From Phyllosticta citribraziliensis (Eukaryota): DNA of 51,280 nt. The notes under the pieces are model-generated. The model had not been told where the DNA came from, did no database searches, and worked only from the letters and a program-made list of their open reading frames with translations. The stretch's first letter is position 1. Every line of letters begins with the position of its first letter. Positions 23,141 through 34,788 of the stretch are shown here, one piece after another. The stretch spans positions 2,046,001 through 2,097,280 of the forward strand of contig NW_027117345.1 of NCBI RefSeq assembly GCF_038025025.1, read 5' to 3'. Both the position numbers and the translations under genes were made by a program.

Positions 23141-24617
23141 CCGCTGCTACGAGCGGAGCTCGCGGTCTCGGCGTTGCGGGGTTCACCATCTCAATCCACC
23201 TACATGTTCTTTGCCTTTTCTCTCCAACCTTCTCCCAAACGTCGGCATTCTGTTTCGCTGTGCCTGTCCACTGACAATGAAGGCATTGGTCGTTCAACCT
23301 CCGAACAACGATGACGTCGACCGCTCGTTTACGTTCGCTACCTAGACGTCCCTCCCATCCTTCCAAGCCATGGCCGAATTCCACACCAGACATGGACCCA
23401 ATTGTGACCCTCATAGAACCGAAATCTGCCAAAATCCACAGCCATGTCGCTTGGTCGCAGGGCTAGCTACAAATAGTCGTCGCTGAGGTCAGACCGACCT
23501 TTTTGGCCCCAACCCGCCGCTGTGCACCGCCTTTGTCGACCATCGCTTCCACCAAGCCATACCGAGGCTCCTCTCCTCTGGCGGTCACAATCTCTTTCGC
23601 ATGAGGAACATTGTATGCGCTTCTGAGGTCAGCAATCAAAGCCCTGAAGTTGGTTTCTGGCGAGTGCCGACGTCAAAGACTCGTCGATTCACGCGCGCCA
23701 TGATGCAATTGCTTCTAAAGAAAGTAGCCATTTCAGCCCCCATTTCTGGATGTGCGTCGACTCTCGACTTTCCAAGCACTCAATGTACAGCGGGGACTTT
23801 TGTTCAAGTTGGAGCGAAAAGAGCTTTAGCGCGCAACCAACACGATCGAGCCTTTGAGATCTACAAGTCTGTTGGGGTCTCACACTCAAATTTAGCTCTT
23901 GCATTCGAGGCGCCCGGTCTTTCGTCGTCAGTCTAACGTGTTTGTCGTCCAGGCACACGGCCGAGCGGCGCGGCCCTCGTGGATGACGGCCTCGAAGCCG
24001 CTCTCGTGAGCGGAATGGGGTTGTGGCGTCCCGTCAGCTGCGGGGGATCGGAAGCCTCTGACATTCCGTCGTACCGTACGCGACCAAGGCCGACAATCTT
24101 TTTGCTGTTGTTGATGCGCTAATCATTGGTCACTCCTTTGCAGCCTAACAGCTGCTTGGAAAAACTCAATCCGGCAAAACCGACTTGTGTCAAGAAACCA
24201 TGGATTACATGAGTTCGCTATGCAGGCAACCATAAATCAGGGTCTTCTCACCGCATATGCCGTGGCGGTGCGCGTTTCTGAGGCTCTTGTTTTGGCAGTG
24301 CCACACCTGGATGGCACTCAGCCCCGGACCGGAGCGGGTTGCAAGGCAGCCTTGGAGAGAGCCTCACTGACCGTGGGGGCAGTCGACGCTTTGATTATTT
24401 ATACATTTATCCAGCGTCATAGTTCTTTTGCGCGTGCCTTCTCCGCCAACATGTCCAAACTTTACGTCTTTGTCTTTTCCCTCCTCTCGCAGCTGTCTTA
24501 TTTGCTCTTTGCAGGCACGAAAAAGTCACGACCTTGATTTCTGCTGACCTTTTCACTCATCTGCCTCTGCAAGACACTTTCCTTTTTCTTTTCCATTATT
24601 AAGATTCTAAACCAAGG

Positions 24618-26603
24618 ATGGATCACACAGGTCAAAACCAAACTCTCCCAGAGTCTAGTATCCGAGGGCCAAACATGCCGCCACACCAAAACCAATTATC
24701 AATCGCCAATTTGCCCTCCGGGACATGGGACGTCAATTTTTGCGGAAGTTGCCCCCGTTGTCATCAATGGCACAATCGGATGCTCCTGAGATTGTCTCGA
24801 CTACCTGGCGTCTGGAGCGGAATACGGTGCCAGAGTTGCTCGTTCAAATGGTTCAACATCACCGGGGACTCCCAACACATAACGCTCATTTCTCATTATA
24901 TGGTCAAGCTTGGTCCCGCAAATGTCCTGTCACAACGAACAGTATCTGGAGACCGAGGAGAGGGCCTTGGAATGGATTCAATTCTGGACCAATGGCACTC
25001 GATTAGTGCGATGGATGGCCCGGTGCTTGCCAGCACTGGTCCGCTAAGAGCTCTACAAGATCACACTATTGATCTTGCGCCTGGTCGCCAATCAGTCATT
25101 CCCGGAGCTCTGGAGATCGGCCCACCTGCCAGAAAAGCTTCAAATGCTTTGGACCTGGATGGAGCCACTGAAAATACCAGCCGACAAACTTCACGCGGTC
25201 AAGTCGTTACTCTGCGGAGTCGAAAAGACAGCGACATTCATTCAGAGTCGAAACGATTTCCACGCCAGCCAAGGGATCCAAAGGGGGCAAGGCAATCAAA
25301 AGGAGCGAGCAAAATGAAGACGAAGATCCGCAAAGCCATCACCTTGTTGCGAGGGCAAGGAAATTTGAGACGAGACCACACTACGCAAAAATCCACATCT
25401 GAGTCTCTCGCAATATCAAGTCAAGATCAAACCGCAACTGCCGTTCTCCGGAATGGACCCAAGGTTGAGCGAGCCAAGATTCGAAAGCCTGCTCCTACAG
25501 CCATCTCGCGATCAGCCACCATTCAGCACACTCGCTGCAAAAGTGCGCCGGAAGAGCCACAGCATAGATTTGAAGACGAAGCATTCCAGCCACTATTCCC
25601 GAGGAGTAGTCCAATCAGCCCAGCATGCCAGAACATCTTCCCCCAGGACTTTTCCGAGCTGAGGCGACCCCGATCTTTGGTCGCAAGGCCTCTCCTGTGT
25701 GCCTGTGACCCCGACTGTCATTGCAAACGTCCAAGCAGCTCTCTCGTTGCAGAACGCGCACTGACGGATCGCGCCTCGATCTACGGCCTCGACCTCGCCC
25801 AGGCAGAAGCCCACACGAGGCCTTCTCGACGCTCACACGAGCTTGCGTTCATCGGCACCGGCTTTGGCGGCGACTCCACCACCAGCATCCAGAGTAGCAT
25901 CCTGCCACCCCAAGACTGCGGTCCAAGCAGCAGCAGCCGCCGTCAGCGGCCGACGTCGCTCCACTTTGGCAGCGGCGGCGGCGGCGCCCTGGCGTACGAG
26001 AGCCAGGCAACGACCGCATACGCGCAGTCCGAAGGCGCCACGGCGAGCGACATCAGCGTGCCCACGCCCCGCACGTCTTGCTTCCAGCAGCAGCAGCGTG
26101 ATCTCTTCTTGCTCGCGCCGCCGGCCAACAACTCGCCGCGCCCGCGCGTGCCGTCACCAAGCTCCGTAGCCAGGAGCTCGCCGTCCATCCGCATCCCTCA
26201 CCAGCACCACCAACCCCAACCCCAACCCAACGATCGCGCCAGCGACTCAGCACCTCCCAGTCACAACCGCAGCTTCTTCGACCACCCCGCTACCGACAGC
26301 GTCGGCGGGCGCGCGGCCTCCGTCTCGCCTATCCAAGAAGTCTTTGACGCATCGCACAGCGGGCCTGTTTCCAGTCTATCCACCGAAGACGACGAGGACG
26401 AGGATGTCTACCACGAAGTCCCCAGCCCCACGGAGCCCCGCGTCTCTCACGACAACGGAAACGACGGCCAGGGCCGCCAAAGCCTCGGTCGTGGCCGCTT
26501 CGATGAGTATTGGCGGCAGCGGCGGCACGAGTCGCCGTCGCTCGAGCAGCAACAGCGTGGAAGCCGGAGTCCGGGTCCGTTGAGCGTGCAGCCCGTCACT
26601 TGA
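24618..26603 (+). CDS. Hypothetical 661-aa protein; N-terminal zinc-ribbon-like motif, internal Cys cluster, long disordered Ser/Pro/Arg region
   Basis: Uninterrupted 1986-nt ORF; CPRCHQWH...CQSCSFKW and CACDPDCHC. Confidence 0.75.
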   Translation: MDHTGQNQTLPESSIRGPNMPPHQNQLSIANLPSGTWDVNFCGSCPRCHQWHNRMLLRLSRLPGVWSGIRCQSCSFKWFNITGDSQHITLISHYMVKLGPANVLSQRTVSGDRGEGLGMDSILDQWHSISAMDGPVLASTGPLRALQDHTIDLAPGRQSVIPGALEIGPPARKASNALDLDGATENTSRQTSRGQVVTLRSRKDSDIHSESKRFPRQPRDPKGARQSKGASKMKTKIRKAITLLRGQGNLRRDHTTQKSTSESLAISSQDQTATAVLRNGPKVERAKIRKPAPTAISRSATIQHTRCKSAPEEPQHRFEDEAFQPLFPRSSPISPACQNIFPQDFSELRRPRSLVARPLLCACDPDCHCKRPSSSLVAERALTDRASIYGLDLAQAEAHTRPSRRSHELAFIGTGFGGDSTTSIQSSILPPQDCGPSSSSRRQRPTSLHFGSGGGGALAYESQATTAYAQSEGATASDISVPTPRTSCFQQQQRDLFLLAPPANNSPRPRVPSPSSVARSSPSIRIPHQHHQPQPQPNDRASDSAPPSHNRSFFDHPATDSVGGRAASVSPIQEVFDASHSGPVSSLSTEDDEDEDVYHEVPSPTEPRVSHDNGNDGQGRQSLGRGRFDEYWRQRRHESPSLEQQQRGSRSPGPLSVQPVT

Positions 26604-27102
26604 CTTTGCGACTCTTGTGTGCGTAGGAGCTGGCTTGATCGGCCTGTTGGTTTGATTGTGTTGTCTTTTCTTCGCTTCTTGTTGACTGTTGCTAAAATGT
26701 TTGATATTTGTGCCTGCATGTCCGTATTCCAGCCATTCTGCTTATGTTTCCATTTTTGTTCGCACGATCGATAGAGGAGGAGGACGTAGACGGGAGGATG
26801 CAAAGGTCGACATACGGAATGGCTGGCTCTGAACAGTGATGGGAGGAGAAACCAGCATTGAATCGAGCCGGCAGCAAGCAGACGGCGGCGCAGGGGGGTT
26901 TTGTCTAAATTCATCCATCTCATCTTTGCTCTTCTATCCGTCTTCGCTTCCTCCTCCTGTTCTTCTTCTCTAGCTGCTCGTTTTCCTCTTGATACCCCCC
27001 GCCAGCCAGCCACTCTCGCTCTATTTAGTTTTACATTAGCTACTCACACTGCTACTCTATTCTGCTGTTCTGTTCTGGTCTCTTCTCAATGACTGTACTG
27101 CA

Positions 27103-27630
27103 CTGCTGCTGCTGCTGCTGCTGCTACTGCTACCGCTGCTTCTGTCGGCTTTGTCCTGCCAACAGCGCAGCGCCCGTCGACATGTCAGCGGCAGTTGTCT
27201 GTATTTTATCGAGGTGGGTCGGCGTGGTAGTAGTATGTATCTAGATCTGTTGATGTGGCGGCATAGACATTTACGTAGGCGGCGCAGGACAATCAAAATA
27301 GCCGTCTGTCGTCTCTGCCTGTCTGTCTGCCTGTATAACGCCCTCATCAGGCCACATGGATAATGTAGGTAGGCTACACACATAACTAGGTTCGGTAAAG
27401 CCAGGCTACCAGTCGCCAAGGCCTTCTCTCGTTCATGCATGCGCGCATGCCTGACTGCCTATACACAATGCGCTGCCTGCCTATCTGCCTGCCTGTTTGT
27501 CTGTTTGTCTACAACAATCCAATCCATGCGATCTGATACATAGGTAGTAGGGTGTGTAGGTAGGTACTCTACGGTACGCCACAGCAGCAGAGCTCCCGGT
27601 CATCCCATCCCATCCCATCCCATCCCATCC
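27103..27630. repeat. Microsatellite-rich intergenic/UTR region: (CTG)n 27103-27125, (CTGC/CTGT)n, (CATCC)6 27601-27630
   Basis: Read directly from the sequence. Confidence 0.9.
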
Positions 27631-27927
27631 CGTCTCTGGCTGGCTGCCTGGCAAACACACACGCACACAGCATGGCATCCAACGATCAACCAACGACTTT
27701 CGTGATCCAACAACAGCGACAACCAACGACAACCAACAGACGCTATGCGAAACTGCCAACCAAATGCTCATCCAACCACTCATTCACATCCAGCCCACCC
27801 ACCCACACTCACTCGCTCCCACGCATGCATGCATTTCGTCTAGATGACCCACCCATCCACCCACTTCGCTCTCGCCATCGCCTGTCCAAACCAATCCAAA
27901 CACGACCCCATCACCAAACCCACCTCA

Positions 27928-30900
27928 CTACGACACCGCCGCAGCGCCCCCGCCGCCAGCACCCGCAGCCGCAGTCGACGACAACGGCGACGCCGTCGCA
28001 AACACAGGCGCCTTGACCAGGACATTGCGGCCCCAGATGCGCACGCCGAGGCCGACAGCCATACGCACGCGCGGCGGCTGCTGCTGCGACGGCGGCGCTT
28101 GCTGCTGTTGGTCGTCTTTGGCCGACGAGCCACCACCACCAGGCGGCAGGCTGACTTGGCTACTGCCGCCGGGCGGCGGCGGCGGGGGCGCTGCCTTTTT
28201 GCTGCTGCCGCCCATCAGGCCGCGGAGCATGCCGCCGCCGCTGCTGCGCTGCTTTTGCTGTTGCTGCTCCGGCGGCGGTTGTGCGTGCTGCGTCGACGAC
28301 GACGGAGAGCTTTGCGCGCCGTTGCCTCCGCTGCCGCCGGGTGTTTGCGGCGGCGCTTCTGCGTTGCTGTTGGCGTGGTCGCTCGGGTCCGCGTCTGTTT
28401 CCGATGACGGCGCGCCTTCGATGCCTGAAGTTGGGCTGTCGGCGTGTTGGAGGACGCCTTCGGCAACCGGCGCCGTCAGCGCTGGGACCGCGCCCCCGGT
28501 TTCCACGCGCATAAACTCGTTCATGATGCCGTGGCCGGGAGGAAAGTATTCAATGCAAAGGTCGCGTGACTCGAGCGGCAGATGTAACAGGATGCTAACA
28601 GACAGCTCGACAATCATGGGAATGCTGCTCTTCAAGTCTGGTTGTGCCGATGGCTCCATGCACTTTTCGAGATGGTGGAGCATGGCTTCGTTGAGCATCT
28701 CGATGAAGCTCTCGCGGTTTTCGGTGGCCTGGGGACTGCGAAGCTGCTCCGAGAGGCCTTCGAGGGTAGCAAGACGCCAGCTGACGATCTTGGACGTCAA
28801 GCTCTCCTCCTCCTCTTGGTTCAGTGTGAGTGGGGCAAAGCGGCGGAGATTCAATTGAATTGATTTGAGTTGCGCGGAAAAGATCTGGTCAAGATCGGGG
28901 TGGAAATACTTGTTGAAGATTTCGTCGACCAACCATGCACTGATAAAGGCACGACCAACAGCCGTCATTTCTTGCTTACCAGTCGTACAGGCCTCACGGT
29001 TTACAGCCGTCTGAAGCCATTGCGGGATTGCGTTCCACTCTTTGCGGATGTTGAAGGCGAGCTGAGAGATGAGTCCCTCCAGGCGGTTGAAGCGCGCGCT
29101 GTACTCTCCGTCATCGAGGGAAGAGCGCGATTGGGAAATTCGCTGGCTAGCCAAGGTATTCTGCAGCTGATGCACTTGGTTTTGTTGCTCAAAGAAGTAG
29201 CGCTTGACCTTTTGGTACTTTTCGCCTGTCAAATGTAAATCAAAGTGGACATGACCACTCCATCTCGTCCCCATGACTTACGCAGAATGTCGTGATCTTT
29301 GAGAATGTTGCGCAGCTCGTCTTCACTCATATCGGAAAATGCGCGCGAAGGAGATGGCGTGCTTCTGCCCAAATCCGAGTCTGGTCCGTTGCCTTGTCTG
29401 GCGGCGCTCCGGGTTGGTTGGCCTTGTGATGCTGCTGGGACAACATCAGCGCCAAATGTCTGGACGCCCGACGTTGGCTGCTTACCCTGTTGGTCCGGTC
29501 AACTTTTGCCAATCGTGAAATTGATGTTCTTTGACTTACTTCAGATCTGCGATTATGTTGCGCCGCGGGAGCCATGGCGGAAGGGGGCGCGCGGTCTTGA
29601 CTAGGAGTGATGGGTACAGTGGAAAGGTCCTGAGGGCGATTTGATGCAACAGGAGGAGCAGGATGCGAGCTGGATTGTTGTTGTGGAGCAACCTGGAGTT
29701 GCGCTGGGGGCTGCTGTTGTTTGTGCGATTGTTGCGGCACTGGCACGCGAGCTATTTGAGGACGGTAAATGTCCGACTGTGGAGTGCTAGTCTGCTGTTG
29801 TGGAGCGGCAGGTTTTGGCTGCGGTATAAATTGCAGATCCTGTTCCTGCTGCTGGCGTGAACCGGGCCGAGCCTCGTTGTCCTGTGGCTGCTGCTGCTGC
29901 TGCTGCTGCTGCTGGAGTTGTTGAAAGACGTAAAAGTCGTCTGGACGTGAGAATGATGGTGAGTTGGGTTGTGGAGGGTAGCTGCCAGTCGACTGCGGAT
30001 GGATTTGAGGAGGTAGTTGATTGTGCTGCGTTTGTACCTGAGGGGGATGCGCGTACTTTTGGTACGGAGGTGGCTGTGGGTGCGCGCTGAAGCCACTTAT
30101 ACTGGGCTGCAGAGGGTGGGGGCTGAATTGGTATTCGCCTGCGCTGCCACTCCGGTAGCTCTGATCGGTGCTGACCCTTGGAACTGAGGGACGACGATAG
30201 TGGTCGGCGGCTTGCGAGGGACCAACTGTCGGAGGGGCAAAGTGTTGGTCCTTTGCGGGAGGTTGTGGTGCAATGTCGGGTTGGAGCTGGAGAAAAGGGT
30301 CAAGTTGCGAATAAGGGTCCTCGTTGGCCTCGAGGGGAGCGGAGAGATGGTGAGAATTGTGCCTCGACGTCAGCCAGGGCTTGTGTTCTGGCAGAGGCTT
30401 GGAGGAGCCGACTTCTTTCTTCCTGACCGAGACTCGTCTCCCCAAGGCTAGATTGGGGGACTTGTCGACGCTTTCCTTGGACGAGTGACCCAGACCAAGC
30501 CTGCTGCGGAGCGAGCGCTTCTCCTCCTTTGGTTGTCCTTGGCTCAGCAGATGGGCTGGAGGCGTGGTGTTGTAGGTAGCATAGAGGTTGTCTGGCGGGG
30601 GAGGATGAGGCACGGCGGGGCTCGAGACGGCGTTGGAGGGGCGGCGATGGAGCGAGGAGGAGGAGAATTTGGCGGGGGCCTGGTGGTTCGACGGGTGTGA
30701 GGAGGGGTGAGACTGGTGATCGTCTTGTGCAGCGTAGCGGTCGAGGTGGTCTTGGACAGGGCCGCAGGGTAAGCTTCCAGCAGCAGCGGCGGCGGCGGCG
30801 GCGGCGGGACGGGGGTGCATTGTTTGACGGCTTGGCTGCAGTTCGGGGATGAAAGAAACGGGGACTCACCAGAAGAAGTGGAGGCGATCGAGGCCTGCGA

Positions 30901-30936
30901 CTTGTTCAAGAACGAGGGCCTGAGGTTGGATGGCAT
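27928..30936 (-). CDS. Conserved fungal protein with a long Gln/Pro-rich N-terminus and a coiled-coil/helical C-terminal domain; function unknown
   Basis: Clear introns 29539-29487 and 29281-29226 give ...ELRNILKDHDILREKYQKVKRYFFE...SRSSLDDGEYSARFNRLEGLISQLAFNIRKEW...RMAVGLGVRIWGRNVLVKAPVF. First exon 30936-30870 and intron 30869-30751 (AAG acceptor) are tentative. Confidence 0.85.
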
Positions 30937-31245
30937 GGCCGTCGCGTCGCGGCTTGGAGTTGACTTGCTGCTGGAGCTGGAGCTGGAGCCGGACAGAGCC
31001 AAACCGAAGGCTGCCTGCGGGGCTCCAAAGGGATCAGCAGCAGGGCTCCCACGGACCGAACAACAACGCTGAGGAGTGCGCGTCAGACAGTAGACGCCTG
31101 AGGTGTTTAATCACGGAGAAACAAGACGGTGCGATGGATGGCGGTCGCCATGGCCATGGCGCGAGACGAGTCGAGTCGAGTCGGTGCGCTGGCTGGCCGT
31201 GGCAGTGCTGAGTCTGACCTCTGACCTCTGCTGGAGGAGAAAAGG

Positions 31246-31250
<5 letters not shown>

Positions 31251-31283
<33 letters not shown>

Positions 31284-31600
31284 CTCTACAACCACGTCGA
31301 CAGCTCGTTCGGAGCGTCGCGAGCACCAGGGCAGACACGCACAGCACTGCCTGACAGCGCGGGCCGGTTGGACGTGTTTATACACGTCAGGCCTGGTCCT
31401 TGCTACTTTAGCCTCTCTCTATTTTTACCTCCCCTCCCCTCTGCTCCCCATTGCAGGCAAGCATCACAGGCCAAGCCGCGTCCTCCCGCCCTCTGTCCAA
31501 ACTCTGTTGCTCTCTCGTCAACGCTACAACGCAACTGACTGACTGACGGACGGACTGACTGACTGACTTTTGCTCGGCACGTAGCAGCAGCAGCAAGGCA

Positions 31601-31632
<32 letters not shown>
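31251..31632. repeat. Microsatellite cluster: (TC)15 31251-31280, (ACTG/ACGG)n ~31534-31568, (GTC)10 31601-31632
   Basis: Read directly from the sequence. Confidence 0.95.
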
Positions 31633-32201
31633 GCATCGCCGAATCCACTCACACCCTCCCCCGTTCAGCTCGTCTTGGTGACCGGTGAGAGAGACATGAA
31701 ATGGTCGACGTCTGAGAGACAGCTACGTCGGTTGCAGCACCACCTCGCACCCCAGCCTCATGGCCAAAAGTCAGAGTCGCACAGTCGTCCCGAAGAGCGA
31801 GCCCTTGCACCGCTTGGGACCTCGGCCCGTCGATTCTGTCCATTCTGGGGAGAAGTGTACTGACCGGGACCTTGGGGGAGGGCTTGTCGTCTGGGTCAAT
31901 GTCCCAACCTGGACGCTGGAGGCACGCACAGCCATCCATCCCATCCATGGACAAGGCCGACAGTCTATTCCTCGTGCTCCCACGCCTGTCCACACCCGCG
32001 GCGTGCCATCCGTCGTGACCGGGTTCTTCTTTCCTCATCGCACTCTTCCTTTGTAACGTCCCATCTGCTGGAAAAAGATATATAAAGTGCTTGCATGCTC
32101 CCGCAATCCATTCTCTTTCACCACCCCGCTCCGACAGTACAGTACCTGCATACACTGACATCATCATAATCATCATAATCATATCTCAACCTTTACTCAA
32201 A

Positions 32202-32851
32202 ATGCTCTTCTCTGCCCTCATCCTGACCACCTCTGCCGCACTTGCTGCCGCACAGCTGGACCCCAAGGAAGTCTGCAAGACAGCCGGAGCTTGCCTGAGA
32301 ATCAAGGAATTCTATGCCATTGAGCCCGCCGATCAAAAGTCGGCCGACCACACGGCCATCGAGTTCAACATTGTCAACGACAATCCGCAGTTCGGCGCAA
32401 GTGCCGAGTGCGAAGCGGATTGGCCGTACGGCACGCAAGGGTGGCCGCAGCAAAGTGTAAGAATCCCCCCCATGGCCGGCAATATCGACCGACGTTCCAT
32501 GGTAACACAAAGAATGTAGAAAACCTGCAGCGTCGACGCCTTTTCCTTTTACGTCAACGGCTTCTCCGACATTGACCAGGACTTTGTCATCGAGGCAAAG
32601 CATGGCTACCGGGACCCATCGTGAGTGCTTCCACGTCTGTCGCGTGCTGCTATCTGGTGCTAACCCGACCGACCAGGGTTGCTGGACCGCCAACGCCCGG
32701 CAGAGCTCCCCAGGATTTTGTCACCAACTTTGCCAGAGGCAACGTGAGCAAGGAAACGGTCGAATGCGAGACGTTTGGCGTGAGCTACAAGTTCTGCCAC
32801 CTCAAGGAAGACGCAGAAATCCTGCTCCCGATATACGCCAGAACGGCCTAA
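32202..32851 (+). CDS. Small secreted Cys-rich protein, 176 aa, Alt a 1 (AA1)-like; 3 exons (32202-32456, 32520-32620, 32677-32851)
   Basis: Signal peptide MLFSALILTTSAALAAA; six Cys; IEFNIVNDN...AECEADW...KTCSVDAFSFYV pattern typical of AA1-like proteins; GT-AG introns in compatible phases. Confidence 0.85.
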
Positions 32852-34075
32852 GACGGCATGGCATCCTCACGAGGCAGCCCTGAGTCACGACTGCAGTGAG
32901 CCACAACGACCGGACGACAAAGACGGCTGCCTTGTTGAACCCAGTGACAACACAGCACTGGGGGGCCTGATTACGAAACTCACGACAAAAAAAGACGAAC
33001 GACGAAGACGCGGTTACGAGAGGAGGGCAAAGTTTAATGTATAGTAGTGGACGGCGGAAGAGGGCTCTGTTGGACAGTCCGTAATGTCTCATTCGCACGG
33101 CGAGAGGAGCCGGTGCCCAACACACGTCCCCAGGCAGGCGAGCGGACGGGAGAAAGTTGATACCCCGCATGTCGCTATGGTAGCAGCAGAGGAGCAGTTT
33201 CCAGGTCCATGTGCAGGCCGTGCAAGTGGCTACCGGGAAGGGTTACCTAGTGTTTTGGAGCCGGGCGGCCTGAGGCCGATGGATCGGCGCCGATTCGAAT
33301 AGAGTTGCCGTGGCAGCCGCGGGAAGAAGACGGTTATTGAAACTCTTTTTGTTTTTAAACTTCACGAGAAGACAAGGTCTCGGGTGCCGTCTAAAAATGT
33401 TCGTCTTTGTGGGTCGTGGTCAGACAGGGCAGGCAGAGTCATGGCCAGGCTGTCCAGGTGGATGTCAAGGGCAAATGAGCCCGCTCAACTGCCTACATGT
33501 AGCAATCCGTATGGTAGGGAAGAATGACGCAGGACGAGCCATGGGATGGGGTGTGATGGGCCAGGATGGCTCGACCCGAGCCGCTACCGTACGCGATGCA
33601 CCATGCGGCGGCGGGGGTATCCCAGCTGGTGTGGCTGGTGAAGCTGCGCCACCTCAGCCACTCCTGGAATGATCGGCAACTGGGTTCTCCAAGTAGAGGG
33701 AAGTGGAATTCATCGAATCTTCTCCCTCCGACTGGTCCCCCCTCGACTCGCCCATCACCTCTCGTCGGGCCTCGTCTCGCCATGTCTCCTCGGTCAGCCT
33801 CGCTCGGCGAATCATGCCATCCCCAATGTTGGTCACCAACGACCACTTCAATTCGCCTCCGACCCCTGTGACTCACGGCTCACGTGAAGTCCCATTCAGT
33901 CACATCATCACCACTCACCACTCACTCACCACTTTTGCCATCGCCGGTCTCGGACCCTTCATCCGAACACTTGGGGCATATATAGAAAGTCATGGATACA
34001 TCTGAACCATCAACACCCCCTTAGCCGCCACTCTTACCTCTCCGTCAGGCTCCTACCTCCAAAGCTTCATCAATC

Positions 34076-34420
34076 ATGGGCCAGCGCCACAACCGCCGCC
34101 GCACGAGGAGTCGACCTCGCAACAGGATGCCCTTTCAAAACAACATGTGCTTCCCTCAATTCGACCAGGCCATATCGACTCCTCCCGCGTTTTCCCCGCA
34201 CGCCTTCTGGTCTTCTCGCCCTTCCTATCCTTATACTACGTCATGGTCCACCTCGGCTACACTCCAAAAACACCATGTCCATCCGAGACCCCTAGACTGC
34301 CTCGAGACGCAGACCCTCCGCATCTTCGGCGGCGAGGCCGGGGACGGGCAGATCCTCTGCGCACCCATGCTCAAGGTCGTCATGGACCTGTTCAACGACA
34401 TCGATTACGTCGACCCCTGA
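34076..34420 (+). CDS. Small hypothetical protein, 114 aa, with Arg-rich N-terminus
   Basis: MGQRHNRRRTRSRPRNR...LRIFGGEAGDGQILCAPMLKVVMDLFNDIDYVDP*; good ATG context (CAATCATGG) and coding-like codon use. Confidence 0.7.
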   Translation: MGQRHNRRRTRSRPRNRMPFQNNMCFPQFDQAISTPPAFSPHAFWSSRPSYPYTTSWSTSATLQKHHVHPRPLDCLETQTLRIFGGEAGDGQILCAPMLKVVMDLFNDIDYVDP

Positions 34421-34788
34421 GCTGAGCTGCACCCAGCTCTGCGCGATGGACCTCCTGACCTGAACCGACTTGCTGAGAGACCCGTCTCCGCAGTGGCTTT
34501 TTTGGTGGCGGAACCTTTATGCTATCCACGATAAGCGCATTTACGCCTCACGAACAACCTTCATTCGGCGTCGCCCCCACTCAAGCGTCGCTCTGGCGCC
34601 CGGCACCAATCAGCGCCCCTCGAACAAGGCAATATTTACTGCACGAACTGCGGTCCTTTTCACACGTCAGGAAATTCGACCAATACGCCAATAGACTAAT
34701 CCTTGTCAGCCTGACAGGCCCGGTATCACAAACCTCGCCTCAGGCGCAGGCATAAGCCGAGCTGTCAATACATGCAAAGCGAACATGC

